A stretch of DNA of 64,000 nt from an uncultured delta proteobacterium (GTDB lineage Bacteria; Myxococcota; Myxococcia; SLRQ01), in contig CAVSGM010000011.1 in assembly GCA_963727485.1 (NCBI GenBank), positions 576,001 to 640,000 of the forward strand. The letters are read 5' to 3'. A program made the position numbers and the translations under genes. Shown in pieces: positions 1 through 9,806 of the stretch. The notes under the pieces are model-generated. The model was not told where the DNA came from. It worked only from the letters and a program-made list of their open reading frames with translations, and did not search any database. Numbering within the stretch: position 1 is the first letter of the stretch; each line of letters begins with the position of its first letter.

Positions 1-17
1 TCTCGACCCCATATCGG

Positions 18-46
18 TTGTTGCCGCCGGGGCCCCGGGTTATCGT
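18..46 (+). promoter_or_regulatory. putative sigma70 promoter, possibly giving a leaderless phoH-family mRNA
   Basis: TTGTTG(18-23)-17 nt-TATCGT(41-46), then 6 nt to GTG at 53; no SD. Confidence 0.5.
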
Positions 47-52
47 CGTTTT

Positions 53-1492
53 GTGAAGAGCGATCCTCTGACGGTCCCCGAAGGCGGGCTTCACGCTCCC
101 GGGGGGGACGAGGCGGTGGCGGCTCTGCGAAGTGATCCGGGGGACCCCTCGGCGCAGAGCCTCACCCAGGTGCGCAAGTCCTTCATCCTGGACACGAATG
201 TCCTGCTGCACGATCCGCAGGCCATCTTCTCGTTCGGGGACAATGACGTGATCATCCCGATCTACGTCATCGAGGAGATCGACAACTTCAAGCGGGATCT
301 CTCCGAGGTGGGCCGCAACGCCCGGCAGGTCAGCCGCTACCTCGACGACCTGCGCAAGGTCGGTGGCCTCGGCGAGGGCGTGCCCCTGGAGAACGGGGGC
401 ACCCTCCGGGTGGCCTTCACCGACCGGGCGGTCCCCCAGGAGTTCGCCAACTCCAACCTCCCGGACAACCGGATCCTCGCGGTCGCCCTCGACACTCGCG
501 ACCGCTTCCCGGACACCCCGGCGATCTTCATCACCAAGGACTCCAACCTCCGCATCCGCGCCGACGCCCTGGGCGTCACCGCGGTCAACTACGAGGAGGA
601 GCCGGTCAAGGAGGTCAGCGACCTCTACCAGGGGATGGGCGAGGTCGAGGTGGGGGCCGCCGACATCGACGCCTTCTACCACGAGGGCGCCATCGACGGT
701 CCCGAGGGCTCGGCGGGCTTCCAGCCCAACGAGTACGTGCTGCTGCGGGACCGGGCCAACAGCTCCCACACCGCGCTGGGCAAGATCCGCCCGTCGGACA
801 AGGCCATCGTGCCCCTCATCCGCCTGCCCAAGGAGGGCATCTGGGGCATCCGCCCGCGGAACAAGGAGCAGGCGTTCGCCCTCGACATCCTCCTCAACGA
901 CGAGGTCAGCCTGGTGACCATGGTCGGCAAGGCGGGCACCGGCAAGACCCTGCTGGCCATCGCCGCGGGCCTCCACAAGGTCATGGAGGAGGGCGTCTTC
1001 CACAAGCTGCTGGTCAGCCGCCCCATCTTCCCCCTCGGCCGCGACATCGGCTACCTCCCCGGCGACATCGAGGAGAAGCTCAACCCCTGGATGCAGCCCA
1101 TCTACGACAACGTCGAGTTCCTCATGGGGCTCTCGCGCGCCGACAAGAAGGCCGGGCGCAGCTACCAGGAGCTCCTCGATCTGGGCATCGTGGAGATCGA
1201 GCCGCTGACCTACATCCGCGGCCGCTCCATCCCCCAGCAGTTCATCATCGTGGACGAGGCCCAGAACCTCACGCCCCACGAGGTGAAGACCATCATCACC
1301 CGCGCCGGCGACGGCACCAAGATCGTCCTCACCGGCGACCCGTACCAGATCGACAACCCCTACGTCGACTCGACGAACAACGGGCTGGTGCACGTGGTCA
1401 ACAGGTTCATGCACGAGCGCATCGCCGGGCACGTGACGCTGACCAAGGGCGAGCGGTCGGACCTGGCGGAGCTCGCGGCGAACCTGCTCTAG
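53..1492 (+). CDS. PIN-PhoH fusion (PhoH2/YlaK-like ribonuclease-ATPase)
   Basis: N-terminal PIN motif ILDTNVLLHD; P-loop GKAGTGKT; GYLPG, YIRGRS, IVDEAQN, TGDPYQID, ERS motifs; alternative GTG start at 170. Confidence 0.92.
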   Translation: MKSDPLTVPEGGLHAPGGDEAVAALRSDPGDPSAQSLTQVRKSFILDTNVLLHDPQAIFSFGDNDVIIPIYVIEEIDNFKRDLSEVGRNARQVSRYLDDLRKVGGLGEGVPLENGGTLRVAFTDRAVPQEFANSNLPDNRILAVALDTRDRFPDTPAIFITKDSNLRIRADALGVTAVNYEEEPVKEVSDLYQGMGEVEVGAADIDAFYHEGAIDGPEGSAGFQPNEYVLLRDRANSSHTALGKIRPSDKAIVPLIRLPKEGIWGIRPRNKEQAFALDILLNDEVSLVTMVGKAGTGKTLLAIAAGLHKVMEEGVFHKLLVSRPIFPLGRDIGYLPGDIEEKLNPWMQPIYDNVEFLMGLSRADKKAGRSYQELLDLGIVEIEPLTYIRGRSIPQQFIIVDEAQNLTPHEVKTIITRAGDGTKIVLTGDPYQIDNPYVDSTNNGLVHVVNRFMHERIAGHVTLTKGERSDLAELAANLL

Positions 1493-1569
1493 GCGCCCCG
1501 GCCATCGGCCCGCGGCTCCGGTACCACGGCCTGAAGCTGCCGCGGCGCCGGAAGCAGCGGTGATCCGTC

Positions 1570-4335
1570 CTAGGCGCGCCGGCGCCGCCGGCGCCGCCGG
1601 CGCAGGGTGGCGAGCCCCAGGAAGCCGAAGAGCGCCCACAGCGCCACCAGTCCGCCCGAGCCCGGCCCGGCCGCGACCGAGCAGCCGGTGGCGGCCGCCT
1701 TCTTCTTCGCGGCGGCGACGGTGAACGAGGCGGGCGCGGAGGCGGTGTTGGGGTTGCCCGCGAGGTCGGTGACCACGCCGGCGGCCACGCTCACCGTGAC
1801 CGTCCCCGGGGCGGTGGCGGTGAGGGTGGCGCGGTAGGTGCCGTCCTTGTTGTCCACCAGGCTCGAGGCCGTGCCGTTCTTGACCGTGAGACCGCCGAGG
1901 GTGAAGCCGACGACCGGCTCGCTGAAGGCGACGGTGACGGAGAAGGGCCCCGTCTCGCTGGTGGTGGGGCCCGTGATCGACACCGTGGGCGCGGTGAGGT
2001 CGGCGGTCACCGAGTAGGTCGTCGCCGCCAGGCTGTCGTGACCGCCCACGTCGACCGCGGCGCCGGCGGCGAGGGCCACGGTGACCTCACCGTCCTTGAG
2101 CGGCGTGATGGACAGGGCGTAGGCACCGCCTCCCTCGTCGGTCAGGCCCGATCCGACGCCGTTGCCCACGGTGACGTTCCCCAGGGCGAAGCCGGTCACG
2201 ACCTCGCCGAAGTCGATCGTCACCTGGAAGAGGCCCTTCTGGGGCTTGGTGGGGCCCGAGATCACCGGGGCGGGCGCATTGGGGTCGGCCGCGACGCTCA
2301 AGGTCGTCGCCGCCAGGCTCTCGTTGCCCGCCAGGTCGGTGCAGGCGCCCGCCGGGACGTCGACGGTGACCGTGCCGTCGCTGGCCGGCGCGATGGTCAC
2401 GTCGAAGGTGCCGTCCTGGTTGTCGACGAGGTTCGACGCGGTCCCATTGCCCACGACGATGCCGCCGAGGTCGAAGCCGGTGACCAGCTCGCCGAAGTCG
2501 ATCGTCGCCTGGAACTGCCCGTTCGCCGCGGTGGGGCCGGTGATCGACGGCTGGGGCGGCCACACGTCGAAGGGCACCTTGAACGTCGTGTCGGGGGAGG
2601 GGTGCCCGCCCTGGTCGGTCACGAATCCGGCCGGCAGCTCGAACGAAACGAAGTTGCCGCTGGCGGCCTGCTGCCCACCGGTCGGGGGCGTGGCGGTGAA
2701 GGTGAAGCTGCCGCTGCCGTTGTCCGTGAGATTCGACAGAGCGCCGCCGGTGGAGACATTGTTCAGGTCGAAGCCGACGACCGGCTCCCCGAAGTCGATG
2801 GTGACCTGGAACGGCCCGTTCTGCACCGCGGTGGGCGCGGTGATCTGGGGAACCGGCACGGAGACGTCGGCCGCGACGGTGAAGGTCGCCGCCGTGCTCG
2901 GGTTGCCCGCCAGGTCGCTCGCCGCACCGGCTGCCAGGGAGACGGTCACGTCCCCGTTGGCGGCGGGGGTCACGGTGGCGTCGAAGGTGCCGTCCTGGTT
3001 GTCGGTGAAGCCCGACGCCGCGCCGTTCTGCACGGAGAGGCCGGAGAGGGTGAAGCCGGTCACCAGCTCGCCGAAATCGATGTGGATGGCGAAGGGGCCT
3101 CCCTGGATGGCCGTCGGACCGGTGATCACCGGCGCCGGCGGGATCAGGTCACTGGCGACGGTGATCGTGTTCGACGCCAGGCTCGGATTGCCCGAGAGGT
3201 CCTGGCACGCGCCCGCGCTGACCCGGACGGCGACGGGGTTCGCGGCGGAGGTCGGGGTCACCTGGCCCGTCCAGCCCATGCCGCCGCCAGACGCCTGGAG
3301 GCCCGCGAAGCTGCCGTTCGCCACGGCGACGCCGCTCGCCGCCAGGCCCGTGCAGGGCTCGCTGGCGGTGATCGTCACGTCGAAGGGGCTGCCGTTGTGG
3401 GTGGTGGGCCCGCTGATCGTGATGCTGGGGGGCGTGGTATCGGGCGCCCCCACGCCGTGCACCGCGAAGGTGTAGGGGTTCGGGGCCCCGCTGGTCCCGA
3501 TCTGGACGGTGGCGTTGTCGGAGGCGGTCACCGCCGCGGGATCGAAGGTAATGGCGAAGGTCGTCCTCTGTCCCGGGGTCAGGGTCCCCGCCGGCGCGGT
3601 GGTGACCTTGAAGTCGGGGTTGTCCGTCGTGACGCCGGTGATGCTCACCGACCCGACCGAGGTGCCCTTGATGGTGAAGGCGTGAACGACGCTGAAGCTT
3701 CCCACGGCCTGGACCTGGCCGAAGTCGGTCCCGTCAGCGCTTTGGGGCGTCGTGTCCCCACTCTGGATGAGGTAGACATCGCCGGCCACGTCGATGTCGG
3801 TGGCCGTGACGACCTTGAACATCATGTCCTGCATCGGGTCGAAGTTGGGGCCGCCGAAGGTGAGAAGCTCCCCGGAGGGGTACTGGTCCGTCTTGTCGTC
3901 CACCCAGCTGTTGAAGCCGCGGGCGCCATACATCGAGGGGCTGACGTTGACGAACTTGAAGGTGTAGACCTGACCGCCGACGACCGGGACCGGCCTCGTC
4001 AGGGTGTGCATCCCGAGGCCGAACCCGGAGTTCGTGAGAAGGAACGAGGACTCGGAGTAGAGGAGCTTGCCCGTGTCCCCAGCCCCCTCGTAGATGTAGA
4101 GTTCGTAGTCGCCGCCGTTCTGCGAGACGCCAATCTGCCGAATCGACCCGTCACCCGTGGCGGTGAAGGTCTGGCCGACGGCGGAGCCAATCGGTATCAC
4201 GTAGGCGACGTTGTAGGTCGTCTGCGAAATGACCGGCAGGCTGTAGGCGTGCGCCGCGGAGCTCATGCCGAGCAGCGCGACCGAGGCGACGAAGGTGCGG
4301 AAGGCGAGGCGCAGGGTGGGGGTCGGGCGATGCAA
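1570..4335 (-). CDS. secreted surface protein with six Ig-like repeats and a MYXO-CTERM-like sorting signal
   Basis: TTG start at 4335 after AGAGGAG; signal peptide ending AAHA; choice-of-anchor-D-like domain (GDTTP..DGTDFG); six ~95-aa repeats (P..ITGPT..GPF.VTIDFGE.V.GF); C-terminus [20 protein letters not shown]. Confidence 0.85.
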   Translation of the reverse strand: MHRPTPTLRLAFRTFVASVALLGMSSAAHAYSLPVISQTTYNVAYVIPIGSAVGQTFTATGDGSIRQIGVSQNGGDYELYIYEGAGDTGKLLYSESSFLLTNSGFGLGMHTLTRPVPVVGGQVYTFKFVNVSPSMYGARGFNSWVDDKTDQYPSGELLTFGGPNFDPMQDMMFKVVTATDIDVAGDVYLIQSGDTTPQSADGTDFGQVQAVGSFSVVHAFTIKGTSVGSVSITGVTTDNPDFKVTTAPAGTLTPGQRTTFAITFDPAAVTASDNATVQIGTSGAPNPYTFAVHGVGAPDTTPPSITISGPTTHNGSPFDVTITASEPCTGLAASGVAVANGSFAGLQASGGGMGWTGQVTPTSAANPVAVRVSAGACQDLSGNPSLASNTITVASDLIPPAPVITGPTAIQGGPFAIHIDFGELVTGFTLSGLSVQNGAASGFTDNQDGTFDATVTPAANGDVTVSLAAGAASDLAGNPSTAATFTVAADVSVPVPQITAPTAVQNGPFQVTIDFGEPVVGFDLNNVSTGGALSNLTDNGSGSFTFTATPPTGGQQAASGNFVSFELPAGFVTDQGGHPSPDTTFKVPFDVWPPQPSITGPTAANGQFQATIDFGELVTGFDLGGIVVGNGTASNLVDNQDGTFDVTIAPASDGTVTVDVPAGACTDLAGNESLAATTLSVAADPNAPAPVISGPTKPQKGLFQVTIDFGEVVTGFALGNVTVGNGVGSGLTDEGGGAYALSITPLKDGEVTVALAAGAAVDVGGHDSLAATTYSVTADLTAPTVSITGPTTSETGPFSVTVAFSEPVVGFTLGGLTVKNGTASSLVDNKDGTYRATLTATAPGTVTVSVAAGVVTDLAGNPNTASAPASFTVAAAKKKAAATGCSVAAGPGSGGLVALWALFGFLGLATLRRRRRRRRRA
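1690..3450 (-). repeat. six intragenic Ig-like domain repeats (~290 bp each)
   Basis: recurring DNA such as gaagccggtgaccagctcgccgaagtcgat and gggttgcccgccaggtc; boundaries approximate. Confidence 0.75.
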
Positions 4336-4575
4336 GTGTCTCTCCTCTTGCCGTCTGCCCAGAAGGCAGCGCGGCCCTCGATATCGTCGCGTCTCTTGTG
4401 GCCACACGGCGGACCCCGGTGGCCCTCCCACGCCTCCTGCAGACACGACGCGCCGGCGCGAATCGGAATCATTAGCAGGCGATGGTGGGTCCGCCAAGAC
4501 GAGAACCGCCCGCGGAGGTAACCAGGACTGCACCCGGCTCCGGCGTCGCCCACGGCGCGGTGCGGCAGCGGCGGC

Positions 4576-5691
4576 CTACGCCGGCAGGGCCCGCCGGGCG
4601 AAGTCCACGACCTCCACCGGCCGGTCGCTCACCGCGAGGCTCACCTCCCGGCGCCAGCCGGCGGCGTCCCCGCCGATCTGGAAGGGCTGGGGCCGGCTGA
4701 ACCGCAGGGACACCGACTCCACCTGGAGGTCGAGGACGTGCGGGGCCTGGTAGGTCCCCTTCCAGATGGCCCGGAGGTGGCGCACCGCCTGGAGGGCGCC
4801 GATCCGGGTCACCCGGAGCTGGAACCGGCCGGGGCGCTTGTCGGCGGCGGGGAACATCTTGAAGCCGTAGCCGTAGTAGGGGCAGGTGCCCGCGCCGACC
4901 ATGGTCGCCGGGCCGGCGTAGAGGACGCCGCCCTGGGGGATCGGGTCGCCGATGGGGTTGCCCTGGGGATCCACGGCCACCGCCGGGGCCCCGGTGTTCA
5001 CCACCTCGACCTCGGCGGGGTGGCGGGTCATCACCCCCTGGGGCACCGAGAGCAGCGCCACCGAGAGCCCGTAGCCCCAGCCGCCCTCGCCGAAGCCCCG
5101 GAAGGGCCCGTCCTGGAGGCGCTCGCGCCAGCGCACGTAGTTGTTGAGGATCAGCGCGTCGTAGCCCAGGCCGGCGAAGGGCGCGTGGGTCCCCTCGACC
5201 TCGAGGAGGTCGAGGCGCCGGGTGGTGGTCAGGCGGCCGGCCCGGGCCTGGAGGATGTCCTCGAGGACCCCGGCGCGACGAAGCGGCGAGGCGCCGGTGT
5301 GGTGGGCCAGGGCGTTGCCGGTGCCCAGGCGGAGGACGCCCACCCGGGGGAGCGGCCGCCGGGCCAGGGCGGGGACCGGGCCCCGGCCGTCGCCGAGGGC
5401 CGGGCGGTCGTAGTGGTCGAAGAGGGCGTTGAGGAAGCCCACGAAGGTCCCGTCGCCGCCGCCGGTGAGGACCGTGTGGTAGCCGCGGTGGGCGACCTCG
5501 GCGGCGATGGAGCGCGCCTCGTCGAAGGTGTGGCTGACGTAGAGGTCCCGGGCCGGGACCACCTCGGCCACGGCGCGGATCACCCGGGGCGTCACCGACC
5601 GGGCGTTGGCGTTGAGGAGCACCGCCACACCCTCCGGGCGCGTGCGGCCGTTTGGCAGGACGGCGATGGTGGACCCGAGCATCGTCTGCAT
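4576..5691 (-). CDS. diacylglycerol kinase family (YegS/BmrU-like) lipid kinase
   Basis: LLNANA, GGGDGT, LGTGNALA, AGLGYDA, FQIGGD motifs; ATG 5691 after GAGGGG. Confidence 0.88.
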   Translation of the reverse strand: MQTMLGSTIAVLPNGRTRPEGVAVLLNANARSVTPRVIRAVAEVVPARDLYVSHTFDEARSIAAEVAHRGYHTVLTGGGDGTFVGFLNALFDHYDRPALGDGRGPVPALARRPLPRVGVLRLGTGNALAHHTGASPLRRAGVLEDILQARAGRLTTTRRLDLLEVEGTHAPFAGLGYDALILNNYVRWRERLQDGPFRGFGEGGWGYGLSVALLSVPQGVMTRHPAEVEVVNTGAPAVAVDPQGNPIGDPIPQGGVLYAGPATMVGAGTCPYYGYGFKMFPAADKRPGRFQLRVTRIGALQAVRHLRAIWKGTYQAPHVLDLQVESVSLRFSRPQPFQIGGDAAGWRREVSLAVSDRPVEVVDFARRALPA

Positions 5692-5761
5692 CCCCTCTTG
5701 TGTCCCGAAGCGAGGCACCCCCCGGCGCTGCTGTCAGGGAGGCAAGGCACGGGCCAAGTCG

Positions 5762-5800
5762 TGTCACCGTCTTGTCACCGTCCAGGTCCAGTGATGTCAA
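5762..5800. promoter_or_regulatory. 11-bp-phased TGTCA(C/A) direct repeats, candidate OmpR/PhoB-family site
   Basis: TGTCAC at 5762 and 5773, TGTCAA at 5795, in a divergent intergenic region. Confidence 0.4.
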
Positions 5801-5973
5801 TGGGTTGCGGATCGGATCGGGAGATCGCCCTGTCACCTCCGGGTGGCGCCGCGGCGCTGGACCGCGTAATCGGTTTCGCACCCCGGGCGACGGACGGCCC
5901 TGGGGGATGAATCCCGGCGGCCTTGCTGCGTCGCTCCCGTCGCGCTAACTACCCGGGCCAAGGAGAACCCCGC

Positions 5974-6414
5974 ATGAGAGCCACCATCGCTTCCGTCGCC
6001 CTCGCCCTCGTCGCCGTCGCCGCCGCCGGGGCCGGCTGCCACGCCGCCGCCGCCGACGACTTCGCCAGCCACGTCACCGTCCAGGCCGCCACCACCGCCA
6101 AGGGGAAGCTCGAGGTCACCCTCACCCCCAAGGACGGGTGGATGGTCAACAGCGCCTACCCGGCGCTGAAGCTGAAGGTCACCGCCGCGCCGGGCCTCAA
6201 GCTCGGCAAGACCGACCTCGGCCACGCCGAGGCCGCCTACCAGGGCAAGGAGAGTGAGGACCACGCCGCCAAGGTCGTGTTCACCACCTCCGCCACCGGC
6301 AAGGCCACCGGCGCCGTCACCGGGACCTACAAGCTGGTGATCTGCTCCAAGGACACCTGCTCGCCGCCCTTCCACGGGTCGTTCTCGGTCACCCCCAAGG
6401 CGCCCGGCGCCTGA
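5974..6414 (+). CDS. exported protein resembling the DsbD N-terminal domain
   Basis: AAGGAG SD; signal/lipoprotein-like N-terminus (AGAGC); LTPKDGWMVN and YKLVICSKDTCSPP (Cx4CxPP). Confidence 0.6.
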   Translation: MRATIASVALALVAVAAAGAGCHAAAADDFASHVTVQAATTAKGKLEVTLTPKDGWMVNSAYPALKLKVTAAPGLKLGKTDLGHAEAAYQGKESEDHAAKVVFTTSATGKATGAVTGTYKLVICSKDTCSPPFHGSFSVTPKAPGA

Positions 6415-6424
6415 TCGGGGGCCC

Positions 6425-7213
6425 ATGCGCGACCACGAGCCTCACGTCTTCGGCGTCCACCCGGTCCTCGAGACCCTCAAGGCGCGCCCCCAGGCCGTCT
6501 CCGAGATCCTCACCGCCCGGGAGGTCGAGCGGGGTGGGGCCCTGGGGGAGATCGGCCGGCTGGCCCGGGCCGCCGGGGTCCCGGTGCGCCGGGTGCCCCG
6601 GAGCGCCATCGGCGAGCTGGTGGGCGACGCCGACCACCAGGGCGTCCTGGCCCGGCTCCGGGCCGACGAGGCGGCGGGGCCCCGGGTCGACGATCCCCTG
6701 GACCTGGTCGAGGCCGCCCGGGCCGCGGGCCGGGACCCGCTGATCCTGGTCCTCGACGGGATCCAGGACCCCCACAACCTGGGCGCCCTCCTTAGAACCG
6801 CCCATGCGCTGGGCGCCGACGGGGTGGTGATCCCCAAGGATCGGGCCGTGGATCTCACCCCGGTGGCCGTGAAGGCCAGCGCCGGGGCCTCGGCCCACTG
6901 CCCCCTGGTCCGGGTGGTGAACCTGGTCCGGGCCCTCAAGGCCTTGAAGGAGCAGGGGGTCTGGGTGGTGGGCGCCGACGTGGGCGCGGGGGCCGAGGCG
7001 ATCGATCGGGTGGATCTCACGGGCCCCACGGCCCTGGTGATCGGCGCCGAAGGGGCCGGGGTCCGCCGCCTGGTCCTCGAGACCTGCGACCGACGGGTGA
7101 TGATCCCCATGGCTGCCCCCATCGGCTCCCTGAACGCCTCGGTGGCCGGTGGCGTGGCCCTCTACGAGATCCGCCGGCAGCGCCGTGCGAAGGAAGTTGC
7201 GCCAGGCAGTTGA
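6425..7213 (+). CDS. rlmB: 23S rRNA (Gm2251) 2'-O-methyltransferase
   Basis: FGVHPV, HQGV, LDGIQDPHNLGALLRTA, GAEGAG, SLNASVA SPOUT motifs. Confidence 0.93.
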   Translation: MRDHEPHVFGVHPVLETLKARPQAVSEILTAREVERGGALGEIGRLARAAGVPVRRVPRSAIGELVGDADHQGVLARLRADEAAGPRVDDPLDLVEAARAAGRDPLILVLDGIQDPHNLGALLRTAHALGADGVVIPKDRAVDLTPVAVKASAGASAHCPLVRVVNLVRALKALKEQGVWVVGADVGAGAEAIDRVDLTGPTALVIGAEGAGVRRLVLETCDRRVMIPMAAPIGSLNASVAGGVALYEIRRQRRAKEVAPGS

Positions 7214-7238
7214 CATCAGGCGCGCATCTCCCTATATA
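7210..7238 (+). promoter_or_regulatory. sigma70 promoter of the tRNA-tuf operon
   Basis: TTGACA-17 nt-TATATA followed by a GC-rich discriminator; the -35 overlaps the rlmB stop. Confidence 0.8.
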
Positions 7239-7350
7239 GCGCCGCTCCCCTGCACGGTTGCCGATCGGCAGGAGCGCCGGTCGCGGGTTCGGTGCTTGCG
7301 GCGGGTTCGAACTCCGAATAGAAACGCGGCGGTACTCGCAGGAGGCCGCT

Positions 7351-7426
7351 GCTGGCGTAGCTCAGTTGGTAGAGCAGCTGACTTGTAATCAGCAGGTCGT
7401 GGGTTCGACCCCCTCCGCCAGCTCCA
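7351..7426 (+). tRNA. tRNA-Thr(TGT)
   Basis: cloverleaf GCTGGCG/CGCCAGC, anticodon loop CTTGTAA, TTCGA, encoded CCA; one U-U mismatch in the T stem. Confidence 0.96.
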
Positions 7427-7456
7427 CTCGCGCTCATCAAGAATACGACAGGCTCC

Positions 7457-7543
7457 GGAGGGGTACCCAAGCGGCCAACGGGAGCAGACTGTAAATCTGC
7501 CGGGCTTCGCCCTACGAAGGTTCGAATCCTTCCCCCTCCACCA
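7457..7543 (+). tRNA. tRNA-Tyr(GTA)
   Basis: GGAGGGG/CCCCTCC acceptor, CTGTAAA loop, long variable arm, CCA. Confidence 0.97.
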
Positions 7544-7565
7544 CTACAGATTCCATAGCAAAAAG

Positions 7566-7641
<76 letters not shown>

Positions 7642-7663
7642 TTTTCCAGCCGCAGACGAATAA

Positions 7664-7739
7664 GCCCTTGTAGCTCAGTTGGCAGAGCACGTCCTTGGTA
7701 AGGACGGGGTCACCAGTTCGAGTCTGGTCAAGGGCTCCA
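7664..7739 (+). tRNA. tRNA-Thr(GGT)
   Basis: GCCCTTG/CAAGGGC acceptor, TTGGTAA loop, CCA. Confidence 0.97.
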
Positions 7740-7816
7740 CTTACACACCACCACGCAAGAGGGCGCCGGCGGATTCATCCCGTCGGCGTCGCTGTTCCGA
7801 AACTCCGGAGAACGCC

Positions 7817-9008
<1,192 letters not shown>

Positions 9009-9067
9009 CGAAGCAGCACCCCCGGCCCCGGGGAGCCCCCGGGGTCGAGGCACGGAAGGTCTTCGAG

Positions 9068-9229
9068 ATGCCCAAGGGTAACCGCAACATCGTGACGCTC
9101 GAGTGCACCGAGTGCCACGAGCGCAACTACGTGACGACGAAGAACAAGCGCCGGACGCCGGACAAGCTCGAGTTCTCCAAGTACTGCCCCCGGTGCCGCA
9201 AGCACCAGGTGCACAAGGAGACCAAGTAG
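9068..9229 (+). CDS. rpmG: 50S ribosomal protein L33 (zinc-binding form)
   Basis: [21 protein letters not shown]...[16 protein letters not shown]; too short for the ORF track. Confidence 0.96.
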   Translation: MPKGNRNIVTLECTECHERNYVTTKNKRRTPDKLEFSKYCPRCRKHQVHKETK

Positions 9230-9247
9230 ATCATCTGCCGGACATCC

Positions 9248-9323
9248 AGGCGCGTAGCTCAATTGGTAGAGCAGCGGTCTCCAAAACCGCAGGTTGGGGG
9301 TTCGATTCCCTCCGCGCCTGCCA
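9248..9323 (+). tRNA. tRNA-Trp(CCA)
   Basis: AGGCGCG/CGCGCCT acceptor, CTCCAAA loop, G discriminator, CCA; canonical position before secE. Confidence 0.97.
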
Positions 9324-9398
9324 ACCATCTCCTCCTCGGGCGGACCTGCCCGGAGCCTCGCTCCGGGTACCGCCCTCTTGCCGTTTGAAAGCCGCATC

Positions 9399-9794
9399 AT
9401 GACGAACGCCAGATGGGTCGCGATCACCTACTTCCTCCTGGCCGTGCTCACCGGTCTGTTCCTGGAGCACGTGTCCGGCCAGATCTTCGCCGCCGTGGGG
9501 TGGAACGACATCCCCATCGTCGGTGACGCCTGGACGCTGACCACCTTCATCGGCTTCGGGATCTCCTTCGGCGCGACCATCCTCATCGTCATGAACAAGA
9601 CCGCGCGGACGGTGAGCCTGGAGGTGGTGCAGGAGATGCGGCGGGTCACCTGGCCCAGCCGCCACGACACTCAGTCGTCCACCATCGCGGTCCTGGTCAC
9701 CACCGTGATCCTGGCCCTCCTCCTGGGGGGCATGGACATGGGCTGGGCCAGCCTCTCCAAGATCATCTACGAGGCGCCGCGCTACCTGGGCTAG
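9399..9794 (+). CDS. secE: preprotein translocase subunit SecE (three-TM form)
   Basis: EVVQEMRRVTWPS motif; lies between tRNA-Trp and nusG. Confidence 0.92.
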   Translation: MTNARWVAITYFLLAVLTGLFLEHVSGQIFAAVGWNDIPIVGDAWTLTTFIGFGISFGATILIVMNKTARTVSLEVVQEMRRVTWPSRHDTQSSTIAVLVTTVILALLLGGMDMGWASLSKIIYEAPRYLG

Positions 9795-9806
9795 GGCACG
9801 GACGGG

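Noticed and set aside
4336..4533. N-terminal extensions given by the ORF track (also for secE, rpsL, rpsC, adk, rpoA, coaBC, udg, dNK)
   Set aside because: SD positions and homology place the starts downstream; the extensions are stop-free GC-rich sequence.
9015..9046. GC hairpin after tuf copy 1 as a terminator
   Set aside because: No U-tract, and rpmG follows immediately; more likely a stability or processing hairpin.
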